Source of the DNA: an uncultured Candidatus Poseidoniales archaeon
GTDB taxonomy: Archaea; Thermoplasmatota; Poseidoniia; Poseidoniales; Poseidoniaceae
NCBI GenBank assembly: GCA_963968885.1
Contig: CAXAGT010000001.1
Coordinates: forward strand, 5,861 to 69,860
Length of the DNA stretch: 64,000 nt
Direction of reading: 5' to 3'
Shown piece after piece: positions 38,677 to 48,989 of the stretch (its first letter is position 1; the number at the start of each line of letters is the position of its first letter). The translations under genes were made by a program, and so were the position numbers. The notes under the pieces are model-generated. The model was not told the origin of the DNA. It saw only the letters and a program-made list of their open reading frames with translations, and did not search any database.

Positions 38677-39792
38677 TTACCTCTTTGTAATTATAGTCAA
38701 TAAATCCCCGTCTTTCAACAGATGATCTATCCCCACTCTTTGCCAATCAAACTTAGCACTGGGTCCCTTGACTTTTGCATACCTGAATTTTCGAACAAAA
38801 TCTCTGTGTAGCTTGTTACAAATTGTTTCAACTGTAGAATCGTCTTTTACAATAAGTGGCTCTTCCAAATCTGCCTCTCCACCTTGTGGCTTCAAGAACA
38901 CTCTCATGAATCCCAAGTTATCATAGATGAAATCCTTTAATTCTTCCAATCCCCATTCTTTGAATGCTGATATCCGCATGATTGGCCATCCATCTGGCAG
39001 CGTAGATTCTGAATGTTTAAGTTGCTCTTCATTGGCTAAATCTATCTTATTAATGGCTACTACTGCCTTTTCATAGACTCTATTTTGCGCTAATGCATCA
39101 ACAATTTGTTCTGCTGTAGCATTATGCCTAAGTGTTACTAGAGCGCTAGTATAACCAAACATTCGTATGATTTCCCCCATTTCTTCAGTTGTTAAGTGGG
39201 TTTGTTCTATCGTTGTCCGAATGTCTATTCCGCCTTTATCGACTCTTTTTATGAAAACTGGAGGTCGGGTTTCATTTAGCCTCAAACCAGCATTATGCAA
39301 TTCCCTGTATAGAACATTGAAGTGAGAATCTTGGAAAGGATCTACAATAAACAAAACCATGTCAGCAGCCCTAATCACTCCGATGATTTCTTTTCCTCTT
39401 CCCTTGCCTTCAGCAGCTCCTTTTATCAATCCAGGCAAATCTAAAATCTGGATTTTTGCACCTCTGTGCTCCATCAACCCAGGTATGCAAGTCAAAGTGG
39501 TAAAGGCAAAACTACCTGTTTCTGATTCCGCTCCAGTAACCTTACTGATCAATGTTGATTTACCAACGCTAGGGAAACCAACTAGAGCAACGGTGGCGTC
39601 ACCTGATTTTCTAACCTCAAAGCCTTTTGCAGGACCACCTGCTCTACTGCTTGCCGCAACTTTTTCCTCTTTGAGTTTCAATTGCGCAATCTTTGCTTTC
39701 AATCTGCCAATGTGGGCGTTTGTGGCTTTATTTTTCTGGGTTTTATGAATTTCATCATAGAGTGCCTGAATTTGCTCTTTGATAGTAGCCAT
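38677..39792 (-). CDS. drg: Developmentally-regulated GTP-binding protein (DRG, Obg-family GTPase with TGS domain)
   Basis: GFPSVGKSTLISKVTG (G1), DLPGLIKGAAEGKG, C-terminal TGS. Confidence 0.85.
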   Translation of the reverse strand: MATIKEQIQALYDEIHKTQKNKATNAHIGRLKAKIAQLKLKEEKVAASSRAGGPAKGFEVRKSGDATVALVGFPSVGKSTLISKVTGAESETGSFAFTTLTCIPGLMEHRGAKIQILDLPGLIKGAAEGKGRGKEIIGVIRAADMVLFIVDPFQDSHFNVLYRELHNAGLRLNETRPPVFIKRVDKGGIDIRTTIEQTHLTTEEMGEIIRMFGYTSALVTLRHNATAEQIVDALAQNRVYEKAVVAINKIDLANEEQLKHSESTLPDGWPIMRISAFKEWGLEELKDFIYDNLGFMRVFLKPQGGEADLEEPLIVKDDSTVETICNKLHRDFVRKFRYAKVKGPSAKFDWQRVGIDHLLKDGDLLTIITKR

Positions 39793-39846
39793 GGCACTCC
39801 CCCCAAAACCAATGCCGTAGAACCATATTCTTCAATCTCCCGCTGA

Positions 39847-40248
39847 TTGAGTACTGTATGGTTTAGAAAAAGTCAATACACAGATTCGAGTGGTTGGTTC
39901 ATGGACTATGTTTGTAAGAACATAGGGCTGCTGCCAGTTTGGGAAGAGTTGACCAAACATTGCAAGAAGTATGAATCCGTCATGACGATAAAAAAAGACG
40001 AAATAGGATATTATAGATTAGAAACTCTTTCCAAAAAACCATTCATTGCAACCTGTGTTCAGAGAAAACATGTGGGATTGTATTCTGTTGTTATGTATAG
40101 GCATTCAGAAGTAATTCCTAAAGAACTAGAGAATTTTAGAGTAGGTAAGTCCTGTATGGGATTTGTTGATTTTGACGAGAATTTTGACCTAATCCCTCAA
40201 TTGCTAGACAACATCTTCGAATATTATGCAAGTAATGAAAAATTATAA
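39847..40248 (+). CDS. Hypothetical protein
   Basis: No recognised motif. Confidence 0.3.
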   Translation: MSTVWFRKSQYTDSSGWFMDYVCKNIGLLPVWEELTKHCKKYESVMTIKKDEIGYYRLETLSKKPFIATCVQRKHVGLYSVVMYRHSEVIPKELENFRVGKSCMGFVDFDENFDLIPQLLDNIFEYYASNEKL

Positions 40249-40259
40249 TCGGTGAGAAA

Positions 40260-40949
40260 ATGGGATTAGATGTAGTGTGCAAGCTTATACACGCTCCCAC
40301 TTTTGAAAAGATTTGTTCGATGAGTTGGCAAGATATTTACAATTCTCTTGAATCTACTGATTTAAGGAAGATTAGACCTGAAAAAGATGAGCGTCTTGAA
40401 AGAAAGTTTGACATTGATGCAGAAGCGGAACTTCTAGATTGGATGGACTCATTTAACCACAAGATTTCGGACAAAAATAAGTCGCTTTTAGACTGCTTAT
40501 CAGGAATTAATGATTCCACAGATGGTCTGCTTTTGATATCTGAATGGTGCAGTGTTGGCGCTTGGGAAGTATGGGAAGCCAGAGCCATATTGTATTTCGA
40601 GAATGCAACTGGAGTGCGCGTTGAAAATTCAAATGACTTGATATCTTTAGATTCATGGACACAAATCTTTGAATCCTTGAATGGAATAAATGAATCAGAA
40701 TTTTCTGAAAAGGTCTGCATGGATTGGATGGAAAGGAGACTTGAGCTAGGAGAAACATTAGATGAAACACAAGATCCCAGAATCGCTCCAACTTTCGAGG
40801 CTCATGATAGAAATAGTAAAGCTCTAGTTCATGCAGTTAATCTTCTTGAAAATGATATAGAACTGAAGCCGTTATTTGGTAGAGAATATCTTCCTGCATT
40901 CCAATGGCACTATGGAGTGAAAACCCTTGGAATGATAAGTAATGAGTAA
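40260..40949 (+). CDS. Hypothetical acidic Trp-rich protein
   Basis: No recognised motif. Confidence 0.3.
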   Translation: MGLDVVCKLIHAPTFEKICSMSWQDIYNSLESTDLRKIRPEKDERLERKFDIDAEAELLDWMDSFNHKISDKNKSLLDCLSGINDSTDGLLLISEWCSVGAWEVWEARAILYFENATGVRVENSNDLISLDSWTQIFESLNGINESEFSEKVCMDWMERRLELGETLDETQDPRIAPTFEAHDRNSKALVHAVNLLENDIELKPLFGREYLPAFQWHYGVKTLGMISNE

Positions 40950-40994
40950 ATTTGGCGCTGGGTTCAAATCTAACCTTTTCTCGCATGTAGTTAG

Positions 40995-41555
40995 ATGAGC
41001 GAAGAAGATATTGTCGAGCAACAAGATGACTCCGAAATTTCTGAAGGAGAAGAAACTACATTTGAAGTTGAGGCAGTCGAAGAAAATCAGGCAGAAGAAG
41101 TAGTCGACCCTTTGCAAGAAGCATTACAAAGAGCCGATTTTGCTGAAAAGGAAATCGTATACAAAGAGGCAGAAATCCAAAACTTGAGGAAACGCTTCTT
41201 ATCAGAGAAATCTGATTTAATCAAATATTCATCCCAGGGACTTGCAAGAAGAATAATTCCTATTTTGGCTGATGTCGAAAGGGCAGTCTCCAATATAGAG
41301 GAAGGCGATGAATCTGCGGTTGCTCAAGGATTGAGAATGATGCACCATAAATTGTTGAAAGAACTTGAAGAGGATGGGGTCAAGAAAATTGAGACTAAGG
41401 GTCAGAAATTTGATCCTAAATGTATGGAAGCGATTACAACAATTCCTGCTAGTGATACTTTCCCAGCAGATCACGTTGTTGATGAACTTGAGGCAGGCTA
41501 TATGTACAAAGATAGAGTTTTACAAGCATCAAGAGTTGTTGTAGCAAGTGAATAA
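40995..41555 (+). CDS. grpE: Nucleotide exchange factor GrpE
   Basis: Acidic N-terminus, EAEIQNLRKRF..., C-terminal VVDELEAGYMYKDRVLQASRVVVA. Confidence 0.8.
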   Translation: MSEEDIVEQQDDSEISEGEETTFEVEAVEENQAEEVVDPLQEALQRADFAEKEIVYKEAEIQNLRKRFLSEKSDLIKYSSQGLARRIIPILADVERAVSNIEEGDESAVAQGLRMMHHKLLKELEEDGVKKIETKGQKFDPKCMEAITTIPASDTFPADHVVDELEAGYMYKDRVLQASRVVVASE

Positions 41556-41595
41556 ACTGAGCAAGTTTAATCACTATTGCCTATGATGCGCTAAC

Positions 41596-41850
41596 ATGGT
41601 CAAGAAGTTAGCCGGTAAAGCGGCGGGCGCTGTTGGTAAGGCAGGGAAGAAAGCTGCTAAAGAAGTGGGTAACTCGATAAAAAGAGAGATTGTGGACAGT
41701 GTAACTAATCCAATTAAGGAAAAAGTTAGAGAAGAAATTAATTCAGCTACCGAGAAAATAAAAACCAAGGCAAGAGAAAAAGTACGAGAAGTAGCAAAAG
41801 AGGCAGTAAAAAGCGAGATTAAGAAAAAGTTCAGTCGCAATAAGGATTAA
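41596..41850 (+). CDS. Small Lys/Ala/Glu-rich basic protein with LEA-like amphipathic repeats
   Basis: 84 aa, about 25% Lys, 11-mer-like repeats (TEKIKTKAREK VREVAKEAVKS). Confidence 0.4.
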   Translation: MVKKLAGKAAGAVGKAGKKAAKEVGNSIKREIVDSVTNPIKEKVREEINSATEKIKTKAREKVREVAKEAVKSEIKKKFSRNKD

Positions 41851-42401
41851 CCTACAACTGCTCCTACCATTGTACTCAATCGGAATAAGGCATCATTGTC
41901 TATCAGCCAATCAAGGACTGGCTTTGGAATCGACTCGCCGAGAACTTGCTTAACCGCTTCATCATCGTAAATTGTTGATACCATTTTTGCGGAGTTTCGT
42001 ACTCTCCATCCAGCAAGATTTTCTCGATTCTTGAGAGCAATGTGTATGGTCTGGAAATTCGAATCATTGTATAATTTGAGAGTCTTGTCATCAGAAGTAA
42101 CCAAAATCCCTTCTCCATGGATTTGTTTTGCATGCTCTACCCAATTGGGTGGATCGTTTATGTCCTCAATTGTCACTATCTCAATATTACAATCAGAGGC
42201 CTCGCTCTCAATCCATTTCCCTATCATTGCCTTTCTCTCATCAGCAAACCATGGATTAAGCATCTCTCCTCCTGCTTGGGCAGACCCTATCGCAATGGTT
42301 ATCTGGTCATCTTTACCGATTAGTTTCAAAACTTCCCGAACCAGAAATTCATGACCGATATGGAAGGGCTGAAATCTTCCAAGAATGATGTAATTGGTCA
42401 T
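41847..42401 (-). CDS. nadM: Nicotinamide-nucleotide adenylyltransferase (archaeal NadM)
   Basis: GRFQPFHIGH and IGSAQ motifs, 184 aa. Confidence 0.85.
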   Translation of the reverse strand: MTNYIILGRFQPFHIGHEFLVREVLKLIGKDDQITIAIGSAQAGGEMLNPWFADERKAMIGKWIESEASDCNIEIVTIEDINDPPNWVEHAKQIHGEGILVTSDDKTLKLYNDSNFQTIHIALKNRENLAGWRVRNSAKMVSTIYDDEAVKQVLGESIPKPVLDWLIDNDALFRLSTMVGAVVG

Positions 42402-42437
42402 AACTTCTCCTCTTTACAGTACTAAGCATATTTTGAA

Positions 42438-43622
42438 TCAATGGAAATATGCATCGATATCTACTTGAGGTAAATCGACACCAAAATCTTTGAAGCATTG
42501 GAACATCCTTTTACACCCTTCAATCATCTCTTCTAATGTTGTTTCCCCCATTGAACCCACTCTGAACATTTTTCCTTTCAAGTGGTCTTGTCCACCGATA
42601 ACCTGAGTTTGATAGACATCTTTCAACCTTGACCTCCAATTATCATTCACTCCATTAGGATACATTATTGCCGTAACTGAATCAGATCTTTGCTGTTCAT
42701 CCGCCAATAACTCGAATCCACAATCTGTGAACAAATTTCTAACTCCATCAGCCATTTTTGCGGCTTTATCCCATCTGCTTTCAAGCCCTTCTTCCTTCAG
42801 AACCTTCAGCGCCTCTGACCAACCCATTGCTAGGTTAATTGCTGGAGTCCAAGGAGTCTGTTCATCATCTCCTTTTTTCAAAGCAGGGATTAAGTCAAGG
42901 TAAAATAGAGCATTATTATCATCTTGCCCTCTTATTGTTTTCACCCTTTCAATAAAAGATTGATTAATTGCAATCGCTGCAATACCGGATGGTCCTGCAG
43001 TACATTTTTGGGCTCCGACCACAAGTGCTTCGGCACTCCATTTTTCAGGATGAACTGGCATTCCTCCAATCGAGGTAATCCCATCTAAAATGAATGCTAC
43101 ATTATGTCTCTGACACATTTCTGCAATTGCTTCTGCGTCTTGTGTAATCCCTGATGAGGTTTCGTTATGGCAAATCAAGACAGCCTCGTAAATGCCCTTT
43201 TCTAATTCTGTTTCCATTTCGTACAGGTCAAAAGCCCGTCCCCATTCATATTTCATGTGCTTTAGATTGCAATATCTGTCGCACATTTCTGCAACTCTCT
43301 CACCAAACTTGCCATTGGTGGGGACCAAAACACGGTCATTTGTTCTGAATCTATTTGCGATAACCATTTCCATTCCTGCGGTCCCCGAGCCTGAAACAAC
43401 AATTACAACATAGTCGTCGTCCCCTGACCAGGTTTTGTCTCCTCTTTTATCGCTTGAAGGAGAAAGATTGAATGCATATCTTAGCCCTGAGTTTAATTCA
43501 GCCATTATGTCTCTAAACTCTGTTCCTCTTGCAGTGATTACAGGTGTAGACATCGCATCCAGGCATTTTTGATTCATTCTTGTTGGACCTGGAACGAGAA
43601 AACAATCACCATCATGGCTCAT
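42438..43622 (-). CDS. Class V aminotransferase (serine-glyoxylate/alanine-glyoxylate/phosphoserine aminotransferase-like)
   Basis: VVSGSGTAGMEM, PLP-Lys region GAQKCTAGPSG, 394 aa. Confidence 0.7.
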   Translation of the reverse strand: MSHDGDCFLVPGPTRMNQKCLDAMSTPVITARGTEFRDIMAELNSGLRYAFNLSPSSDKRGDKTWSGDDDYVVIVVSGSGTAGMEMVIANRFRTNDRVLVPTNGKFGERVAEMCDRYCNLKHMKYEWGRAFDLYEMETELEKGIYEAVLICHNETSSGITQDAEAIAEMCQRHNVAFILDGITSIGGMPVHPEKWSAEALVVGAQKCTAGPSGIAAIAINQSFIERVKTIRGQDDNNALFYLDLIPALKKGDDEQTPWTPAINLAMGWSEALKVLKEEGLESRWDKAAKMADGVRNLFTDCGFELLADEQQRSDSVTAIMYPNGVNDNWRSRLKDVYQTQVIGGQDHLKGKMFRVGSMGETTLEEMIEGCKRMFQCFKDFGVDLPQVDIDAYFH

Positions 43623-43727
43623 GCTACTAGCGTTCTGTAGACGGTTTTTGAACTAAATTATCAAACGACATCAAATTGTGTAATTTATGATGCTTATTTT
43701 CATAGGCAAGTTGCCACAGCACTGACC

Positions 43728-44411
43728 ATGCTCAGGGTCGGAATCGCTATGATTCAAGGTGCAAGGCACGAGCATGCTCAGGCTGTTCAACAAGCAGCAG
43801 AAGAACTTGGATTGACAGTCGACATAATCTACCTAAGAGAGCAGGATGATGTTAGTAACGATCTTGACTGCCTTATTTTGCCGGGTGGTGAATCTACAAC
43901 TATGCGATTAGTCAGCACCAATCACAACGTTCTTCCAGCTATCTTCAACTGGATAAAGGATAATCCAGAAAAGAAAGTACTAGGCACTTGTGCCGGTGCA
44001 ATATTGCTTTCTAATCCAGGAGATGATGAGAAACCATTCATTCAAACTAACATTTCACGAAATGCTTGGGGTAGGCAGAGGATGTCATTTGAAGCAGAAA
44101 TTAGTGTTGATTTAGAAGTCAAGCACCCCGGATCAAAAGCCAGGACTTTAGGACAACTTCCACTGGATAAAGATGACCACAGACCATTGGTAGTTCGTTC
44201 AAACAATCATGAAGGATTTGAAGGTAGTTTCAATGGAGTATTCATTAGAGCACCTAGATTTTTATCAGAAAATTCCAGTGATCAGATAGTAGCAAAACTT
44301 GATCAAGAAGTAGTTGGAGTGAAATCAGGGAATATCCTAGCACTAACTTTCCATCCGGAGTTAACTGGAGATGCATTATTTCATCGCTGGTTATTGCAAA
44401 AAGAGAGTTGA
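43728..44411 (+). CDS. pdxT: Pyridoxal 5'-phosphate synthase glutaminase subunit PdxT
   Basis: IAMIQGARHEH, LILPGGESTT, GTCAGAILL (catalytic Cys), RNAWGRQ, FIRAP, FHPELT. Confidence 0.85.
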   Translation: MLRVGIAMIQGARHEHAQAVQQAAEELGLTVDIIYLREQDDVSNDLDCLILPGGESTTMRLVSTNHNVLPAIFNWIKDNPEKKVLGTCAGAILLSNPGDDEKPFIQTNISRNAWGRQRMSFEAEISVDLEVKHPGSKARTLGQLPLDKDDHRPLVVRSNNHEGFEGSFNGVFIRAPRFLSENSSDQIVAKLDQEVVGVKSGNILALTFHPELTGDALFHRWLLQKES

Positions 44412-44441
44412 ATTCTTACGCTATAGGAGGGTCAGACATAC

Positions 44442-45521
44442 ATGCGCTTGAGAATGGCAACAGAAATCCTGCCTCCTGAGGAGGGTGAGGCTGAGGGTTG
44501 CATTCAATGTCAAGCAGGCAGTAAGATGGTTTTGTTTGTCACTGGAAAGTGTCATTGGGGTTGTGACTACTGTCCTCTCAGCGACAATCGAAGGGAATCT
44601 CCTGATATGTTTGCAAATGAAAGAAGGTGTACTGATTTTTCAGAAGTAATTGAAGAAGCCAGAGCAATGAATGCAACGGGAACAGGAATAACTGGAGGAG
44701 ACCCATTGCTCGATGCACAAAAAAGCATTGAAGCAATATCTGTGCTTAAGGCTGAGTTAGGGGAAGAACATCACATACACATGTACACTTCAATTCCTTT
44801 CGAGTTAGACCTAGTTCCTAAGTTTGCAGATGCTGGGTTAGATGAAATTAGATTTCACTTATTGAATTTGAATATCGATAAATACCAAGATGTGATTTCA
44901 GCATGTAGCAAAGCAGGAATACATACAGGAGTGGAACTTCCTTGCGAACCTGACAAAAGAAATGAGTTAATCACTCTATTAGATTCACTAGCAAAAAGCG
45001 ATGCCTCGTTTTTGAACTTAAATGAATTAGAAATCACAGTTGGTAACCAGGATAATATGGACGTAAGAGGCTTCAATCTTAGCGGTGGAATAACTGCTGC
45101 GGCTGAAGGGAGCGCTGAGCTGGCAATTGAGATGAAGCAATTATCTGAAAATCTTGATTTGCACGTAAAATTCTGTACTGCAAAATACAAAGATGCTGGG
45201 CAATTAAGAAATAGATTTAGGCGTAGGGGACAAGCCAACCTAAGACCATATGAGGTTCTAAGTGATGATGATACAATCTTGTTTGGAGCGATTCCCTGTA
45301 GCGAGCAACACTCGCAAGCAGATTTAGCGGAGCTAAAGTTAGAATTAGAATTACCAAATGGTTGGATAAAATATGATTTGGATAATGAGAGAATAGAGCT
45401 ACCATTGTCAGTAGCAGAAGAAATTGCAGACATGATTCAAGTCCCAGTTCAGATGATAGAAATTCATCCAACATATGAGAGGCTAGAGGTAGGGCTAGTA
45501 CATCTTAATGATTACCGGTAA
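44442..45521 (+). CDS. Radical SAM protein, PFL-activating-enzyme-like (COG1180)
   Basis: GKCHWGCDYCP (C-x3-C-x2-C), ITGGDPLL; N-terminal CxxC. Confidence 0.6.
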   Translation: MRLRMATEILPPEEGEAEGCIQCQAGSKMVLFVTGKCHWGCDYCPLSDNRRESPDMFANERRCTDFSEVIEEARAMNATGTGITGGDPLLDAQKSIEAISVLKAELGEEHHIHMYTSIPFELDLVPKFADAGLDEIRFHLLNLNIDKYQDVISACSKAGIHTGVELPCEPDKRNELITLLDSLAKSDASFLNLNELEITVGNQDNMDVRGFNLSGGITAAAEGSAELAIEMKQLSENLDLHVKFCTAKYKDAGQLRNRFRRRGQANLRPYEVLSDDDTILFGAIPCSEQHSQADLAELKLELELPNGWIKYDLDNERIELPLSVAEEIADMIQVPVQMIEIHPTYERLEVGLVHLNDYR

Positions 45522-47034
45522 AGCACGAGACGGAATCTTTGATGTAGGTTCTAGGAGTGGGATGTTCATGGGAGTTTTCTCTGGGGCTGACCTCTCAGTA
45601 TTCAAGCAGCCTGATACCTACAAGGCTCTTGCAATTTCCATCGTGCTATTTTTAGTGATTGCATATGGATCACTCACATTGTACGGGAATTTAGGTACTC
45701 TATTTGGAGCAGATGGGGAGCCAGAGGAAATACCAGACTTTGTATTCCAATCTTTGAATCGGTCTGATGTTGAACAACAAGGTTATGTTAACGAAACAGG
45801 ATGGTTCAACACCAGTCAGTTCCGTGGAGAGGTTTTGATAATCGATTTTATGGCTGCTGATTGTTCTAACTGCCACGTAGTCCAAGAGAGGCTTGAGCAA
45901 AATATGGATAGTTGGATGTCTGCTGCAGAGGATAATGGCACCAAAATCAACATAATCGCTTACGGTGCTTGGTACACCGAAAGTCTGTCAAAACTGAACT
46001 CAAGCAATATTGAGTACACAGTTCCAACATATCCAACGGGATTGGGAACTGCCAATGCTGCAGTGTATGAAGATGGGACAACAACTGACCCCGTTAGGCT
46101 TTTCACCCCAAAAGGCGCAGGAGCAATACCTGTTGTAATCATAATCGATGAACAGGGATACATGATTTATCAACAGACAACAGGAATCCCATCTGATGGT
46201 TGGAAAGGTTTCGATAATGCGTTAAAAGAAGCTTGGACCATCGATGGTGATACTACAGATATGAGATTAGCATGGGAGGAACCTGATACCTCACTTGGTG
46301 CGATATGGGTATTGGGAATGATTCTGTCAATCATGGTCTATTTCTCACCTTGCGCATTCCCTGTGCTTCCTGGTTTCATTTCTTACTACCTATCATTGGG
46401 AGCTAGAGAAGATGAGTTAATTCAAGAAGGTAAGTTGAAAACAAGAATGCCAAAATCTTGGGTCTTCGGTCTTTTAGCTGGTTTGGGAATGTGGACATTT
46501 TTCATTATTATTGGTATCATTGCAGCAATTATGGGACAGGCCTTTGTTGATTCGGGAATTATTCACTACATTGCTATAGGAATTGCTATTCTGCTGATTA
46601 TTCTAGGATCATTGATGTTGATTGGAATAACTTCTGAGTTGATGGGCTTTGTTCAGAAATACATCGATAAATGGTCAACCACAGAAATGGATGAAACATT
46701 CACCCCAAGAAGAAATATCTATCTTTATGGAATAGGCTATGCCGCTGCTTCTATTGATTGTACTGCAGCTGCTGTACTTCCATTCATCGTATTCTTAGTT
46801 ACGCTAGGGCAACAATCAGTCATAATCGGATTGGGTGGATTAATGGTAGGACTGTTACTTCTGATGATTGCAGTTACAGTTCTTGTAGGGCTTGGAAGGC
46901 AATCGATGATCAGTTTCCTGCGCAGAGCAACTGGAATGATCAAGATGGTAGGGTCTTGGATGATGATAATGGCAGGAATAGCATTAACCATTTTCCTAAC
47001 TAATGCAGAGTTAGTAAACTCCGTGTTTGGTTAA
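45508..47034 (+). CDS. Thiol:disulfide interchange protein, thioredoxin-like domain fused to CcdA/DsbD transmembrane domain
   Basis: LIIDFMAADCSNCH (CxxC), CcdA motif FSPCAFPVLPGFISYYL and second conserved Cys IDCTAAAVLPF; start uncertain. Confidence 0.7.
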   Translation: MITGKARDGIFDVGSRSGMFMGVFSGADLSVFKQPDTYKALAISIVLFLVIAYGSLTLYGNLGTLFGADGEPEEIPDFVFQSLNRSDVEQQGYVNETGWFNTSQFRGEVLIIDFMAADCSNCHVVQERLEQNMDSWMSAAEDNGTKINIIAYGAWYTESLSKLNSSNIEYTVPTYPTGLGTANAAVYEDGTTTDPVRLFTPKGAGAIPVVIIIDEQGYMIYQQTTGIPSDGWKGFDNALKEAWTIDGDTTDMRLAWEEPDTSLGAIWVLGMILSIMVYFSPCAFPVLPGFISYYLSLGAREDELIQEGKLKTRMPKSWVFGLLAGLGMWTFFIIIGIIAAIMGQAFVDSGIIHYIAIGIAILLIILGSLMLIGITSELMGFVQKYIDKWSTTEMDETFTPRRNIYLYGIGYAAASIDCTAAAVLPFIVFLVTLGQQSVIIGLGGLMVGLLLLMIAVTVLVGLGRQSMISFLRRATGMIKMVGSWMMIMAGIALTIFLTNAELVNSVFG

Positions 47035-47768
47035 ATCAATTCTTTATCGAAAAGTGCCTTATTGGCAATTAATATCCATGGCAGGTAAGCAATAGCAAGA
47101 CCTCCGATAAAATCCATGAGGTAATGTTGCTTTGTAAATAAAGTCGAAAGGGCTAATCCAACGTAAAGAGTGAACACAAGTAATCTCGCTCTTTTGTGGT
47201 CAGGGAAGTTTTTCAAGAAGAAAATGGTTATGAAAGTCGAGTGAAGAATGTGTAGGCTCGGCCAACCATTCCAAGCAGTATCAACTCCGTGAAGTAGATT
47301 CATTGACACTTCTGCTGCTCTATTTTGAGTAATTATCTGGTCCCTTAAGTCAACCTCTACTGGAATAACCAAGAAAATAAGAAAAGCCAACATGGTCGGT
47401 AAGATTGTAATCTGTGTGAAGATTATTGATCGTGTTAATTGCTTTTCTGTTTGTTCCACAAAAAATGGAAACAAGAAGAAAAAATAGTAAGTGACATAGG
47501 GAAAAATCATCCACCAAATGAAAGGAATATGAGAATCAAGACCAATTTCTGGGAAGAAATATTGTTCTCCCCGTGAAGCATTGAACCTGTTTATTGAAAA
47601 ATATAGAACACCGTAAAATACCCACGTAATCAAGAAAACTTTCAGGATTAGGGGCTTTTTATTTCCTCTCAAAAATTCCGCTTTAGAATCTTCCCAAAAT
47701 CCCCACTCAGTGGTTAACTTGGAAATCAGCATAGCAGGGAGGGTAAGGTGGCAGTTTGAAAACATCAT
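47031..47768 (-). CDS. Integral membrane protein, possibly PAP2-superfamily phosphatase-like
   Basis: 6 TM; weak PAP2-like motifs WPSLH and KQHYLMDFIGG. Confidence 0.3.
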   Translation of the reverse strand: MMFSNCHLTLPAMLISKLTTEWGFWEDSKAEFLRGNKKPLILKVFLITWVFYGVLYFSINRFNASRGEQYFFPEIGLDSHIPFIWWMIFPYVTYYFFFLFPFFVEQTEKQLTRSIIFTQITILPTMLAFLIFLVIPVEVDLRDQIITQNRAAEVSMNLLHGVDTAWNGWPSLHILHSTFITIFFLKNFPDHKRARLLVFTLYVGLALSTLFTKQHYLMDFIGGLAIAYLPWILIANKALFDKELI

Positions 47769-48985
47769 CCCCCGAAATCATGACCACAATATGGGCAAAG
47801 CAACCAGTCTGATTGTCTTCCTTTTCCACAACTTTGGCACGTCAAATCCTTTACCTCGACCCTTGATGGTTGCAAATGATTCATCCCTTTTCCTATCGCT
47901 TTCTGGGCGCTTTGTTGTTCTAATAATGTCTTGACTACTGATGAATCCAATGCGTCTTTTTCTGCTGCTAATTGCATCATTTTTTCTTGGAATATGTTTT
48001 GTTGTTCAATGATATCTTTTTCATTAGAATGCTCATTTTGAATCCTGAGTCTCTTCGCCTCCTGAACGCTTTCAAATAATTTCATCGCATTCTCGGTTTT
48101 ATTTTCCCGTATTGACTTCAAAATTTCAGATTTATCCTGTAATTTATTTAGCTCTGACTGCCAGTGCGCTTCTTTGATCCTCAAGTCTTTGAGTTCTTTT
48201 TCAAGGTCTATATCGACTTCTCCTCTCGCCTTCGCTTTGGCTATGTTAACTTCGCACTCAATTCGTCTTAGCATACTTTGTTCTCGAATTTCAATTCTTT
48301 CTGCTAATGCTTTTGCATTTTCGCCCTCTATTTGGGTGGCGTTTCTCATTTCTGCTCTCAATTGCAATATTTTCTCGTAATCTGTTCTTCCAATTATCGC
48401 AAAAGCAGACAATAGTTTCAAGCCTGTTACAGATAGTATTGATCTTAATTCTGTTTCAGCAATAGATTCTATTCTTGATTGGAAAGAATTTTTCCTTAAA
48501 TCGTCATTATGCTCAACTTTTGAAAAAACAGGTTCAATTAATCTTGATATGACCTCGTTTTGTAGAATTTTCACAATACCATCCCTTGTTAGGATAGGTG
48601 ATTGATTTGAGAAGATATTCAATAATTTCGGAATGTTATCCTCGGAAATTTGTAATCTCAAATTTAGATGACCTTTGACGTCTGAACCATCTAATATTTG
48701 TGTTTTGAATGGTATCCAGATGTCCATTGGCCCAGTCATTGCGAATATGATTCTTCTATCATCAGCAGTCAATTTTAGAATATCTCCAAGAAAGCGTGAA
48801 AATCCACCCCCAACATCTCTAACCGTTTTTCCAGTTATAGCATTTCCAATTTTCCCTTCCACCAAAAATACTGCTGCTTCGTTTGGTTTTAGAGTGACTT
48901 GTCGGGAAAAATATGTTTGAATCTTATCCAAATTCACTAATCTTGCTACAATTTCTGGGGTTTCTCTCCAATGGAATTTACTCAT
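47765..48985 (-). CDS. SPFH/band-7-like domain protein with long coiled coil and C-terminal zinc ribbon
   Basis: Coiled-coil region around residues 210-350; C-terminal CQSCG...CPYCGHDF. Confidence 0.4.
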   Translation of the reverse strand: MSKFHWRETPEIVARLVNLDKIQTYFSRQVTLKPNEAAVFLVEGKIGNAITGKTVRDVGGGFSRFLGDILKLTADDRRIIFAMTGPMDIWIPFKTQILDGSDVKGHLNLRLQISEDNIPKLLNIFSNQSPILTRDGIVKILQNEVISRLIEPVFSKVEHNDDLRKNSFQSRIESIAETELRSILSVTGLKLLSAFAIIGRTDYEKILQLRAEMRNATQIEGENAKALAERIEIREQSMLRRIECEVNIAKAKARGEVDIDLEKELKDLRIKEAHWQSELNKLQDKSEILKSIRENKTENAMKLFESVQEAKRLRIQNEHSNEKDIIEQQNIFQEKMMQLAAEKDALDSSVVKTLLEQQSAQKAIGKGMNHLQPSRVEVKDLTCQSCGKGRQSDWLLCPYCGHDFGG

Positions 48986-48989
48986 TATA

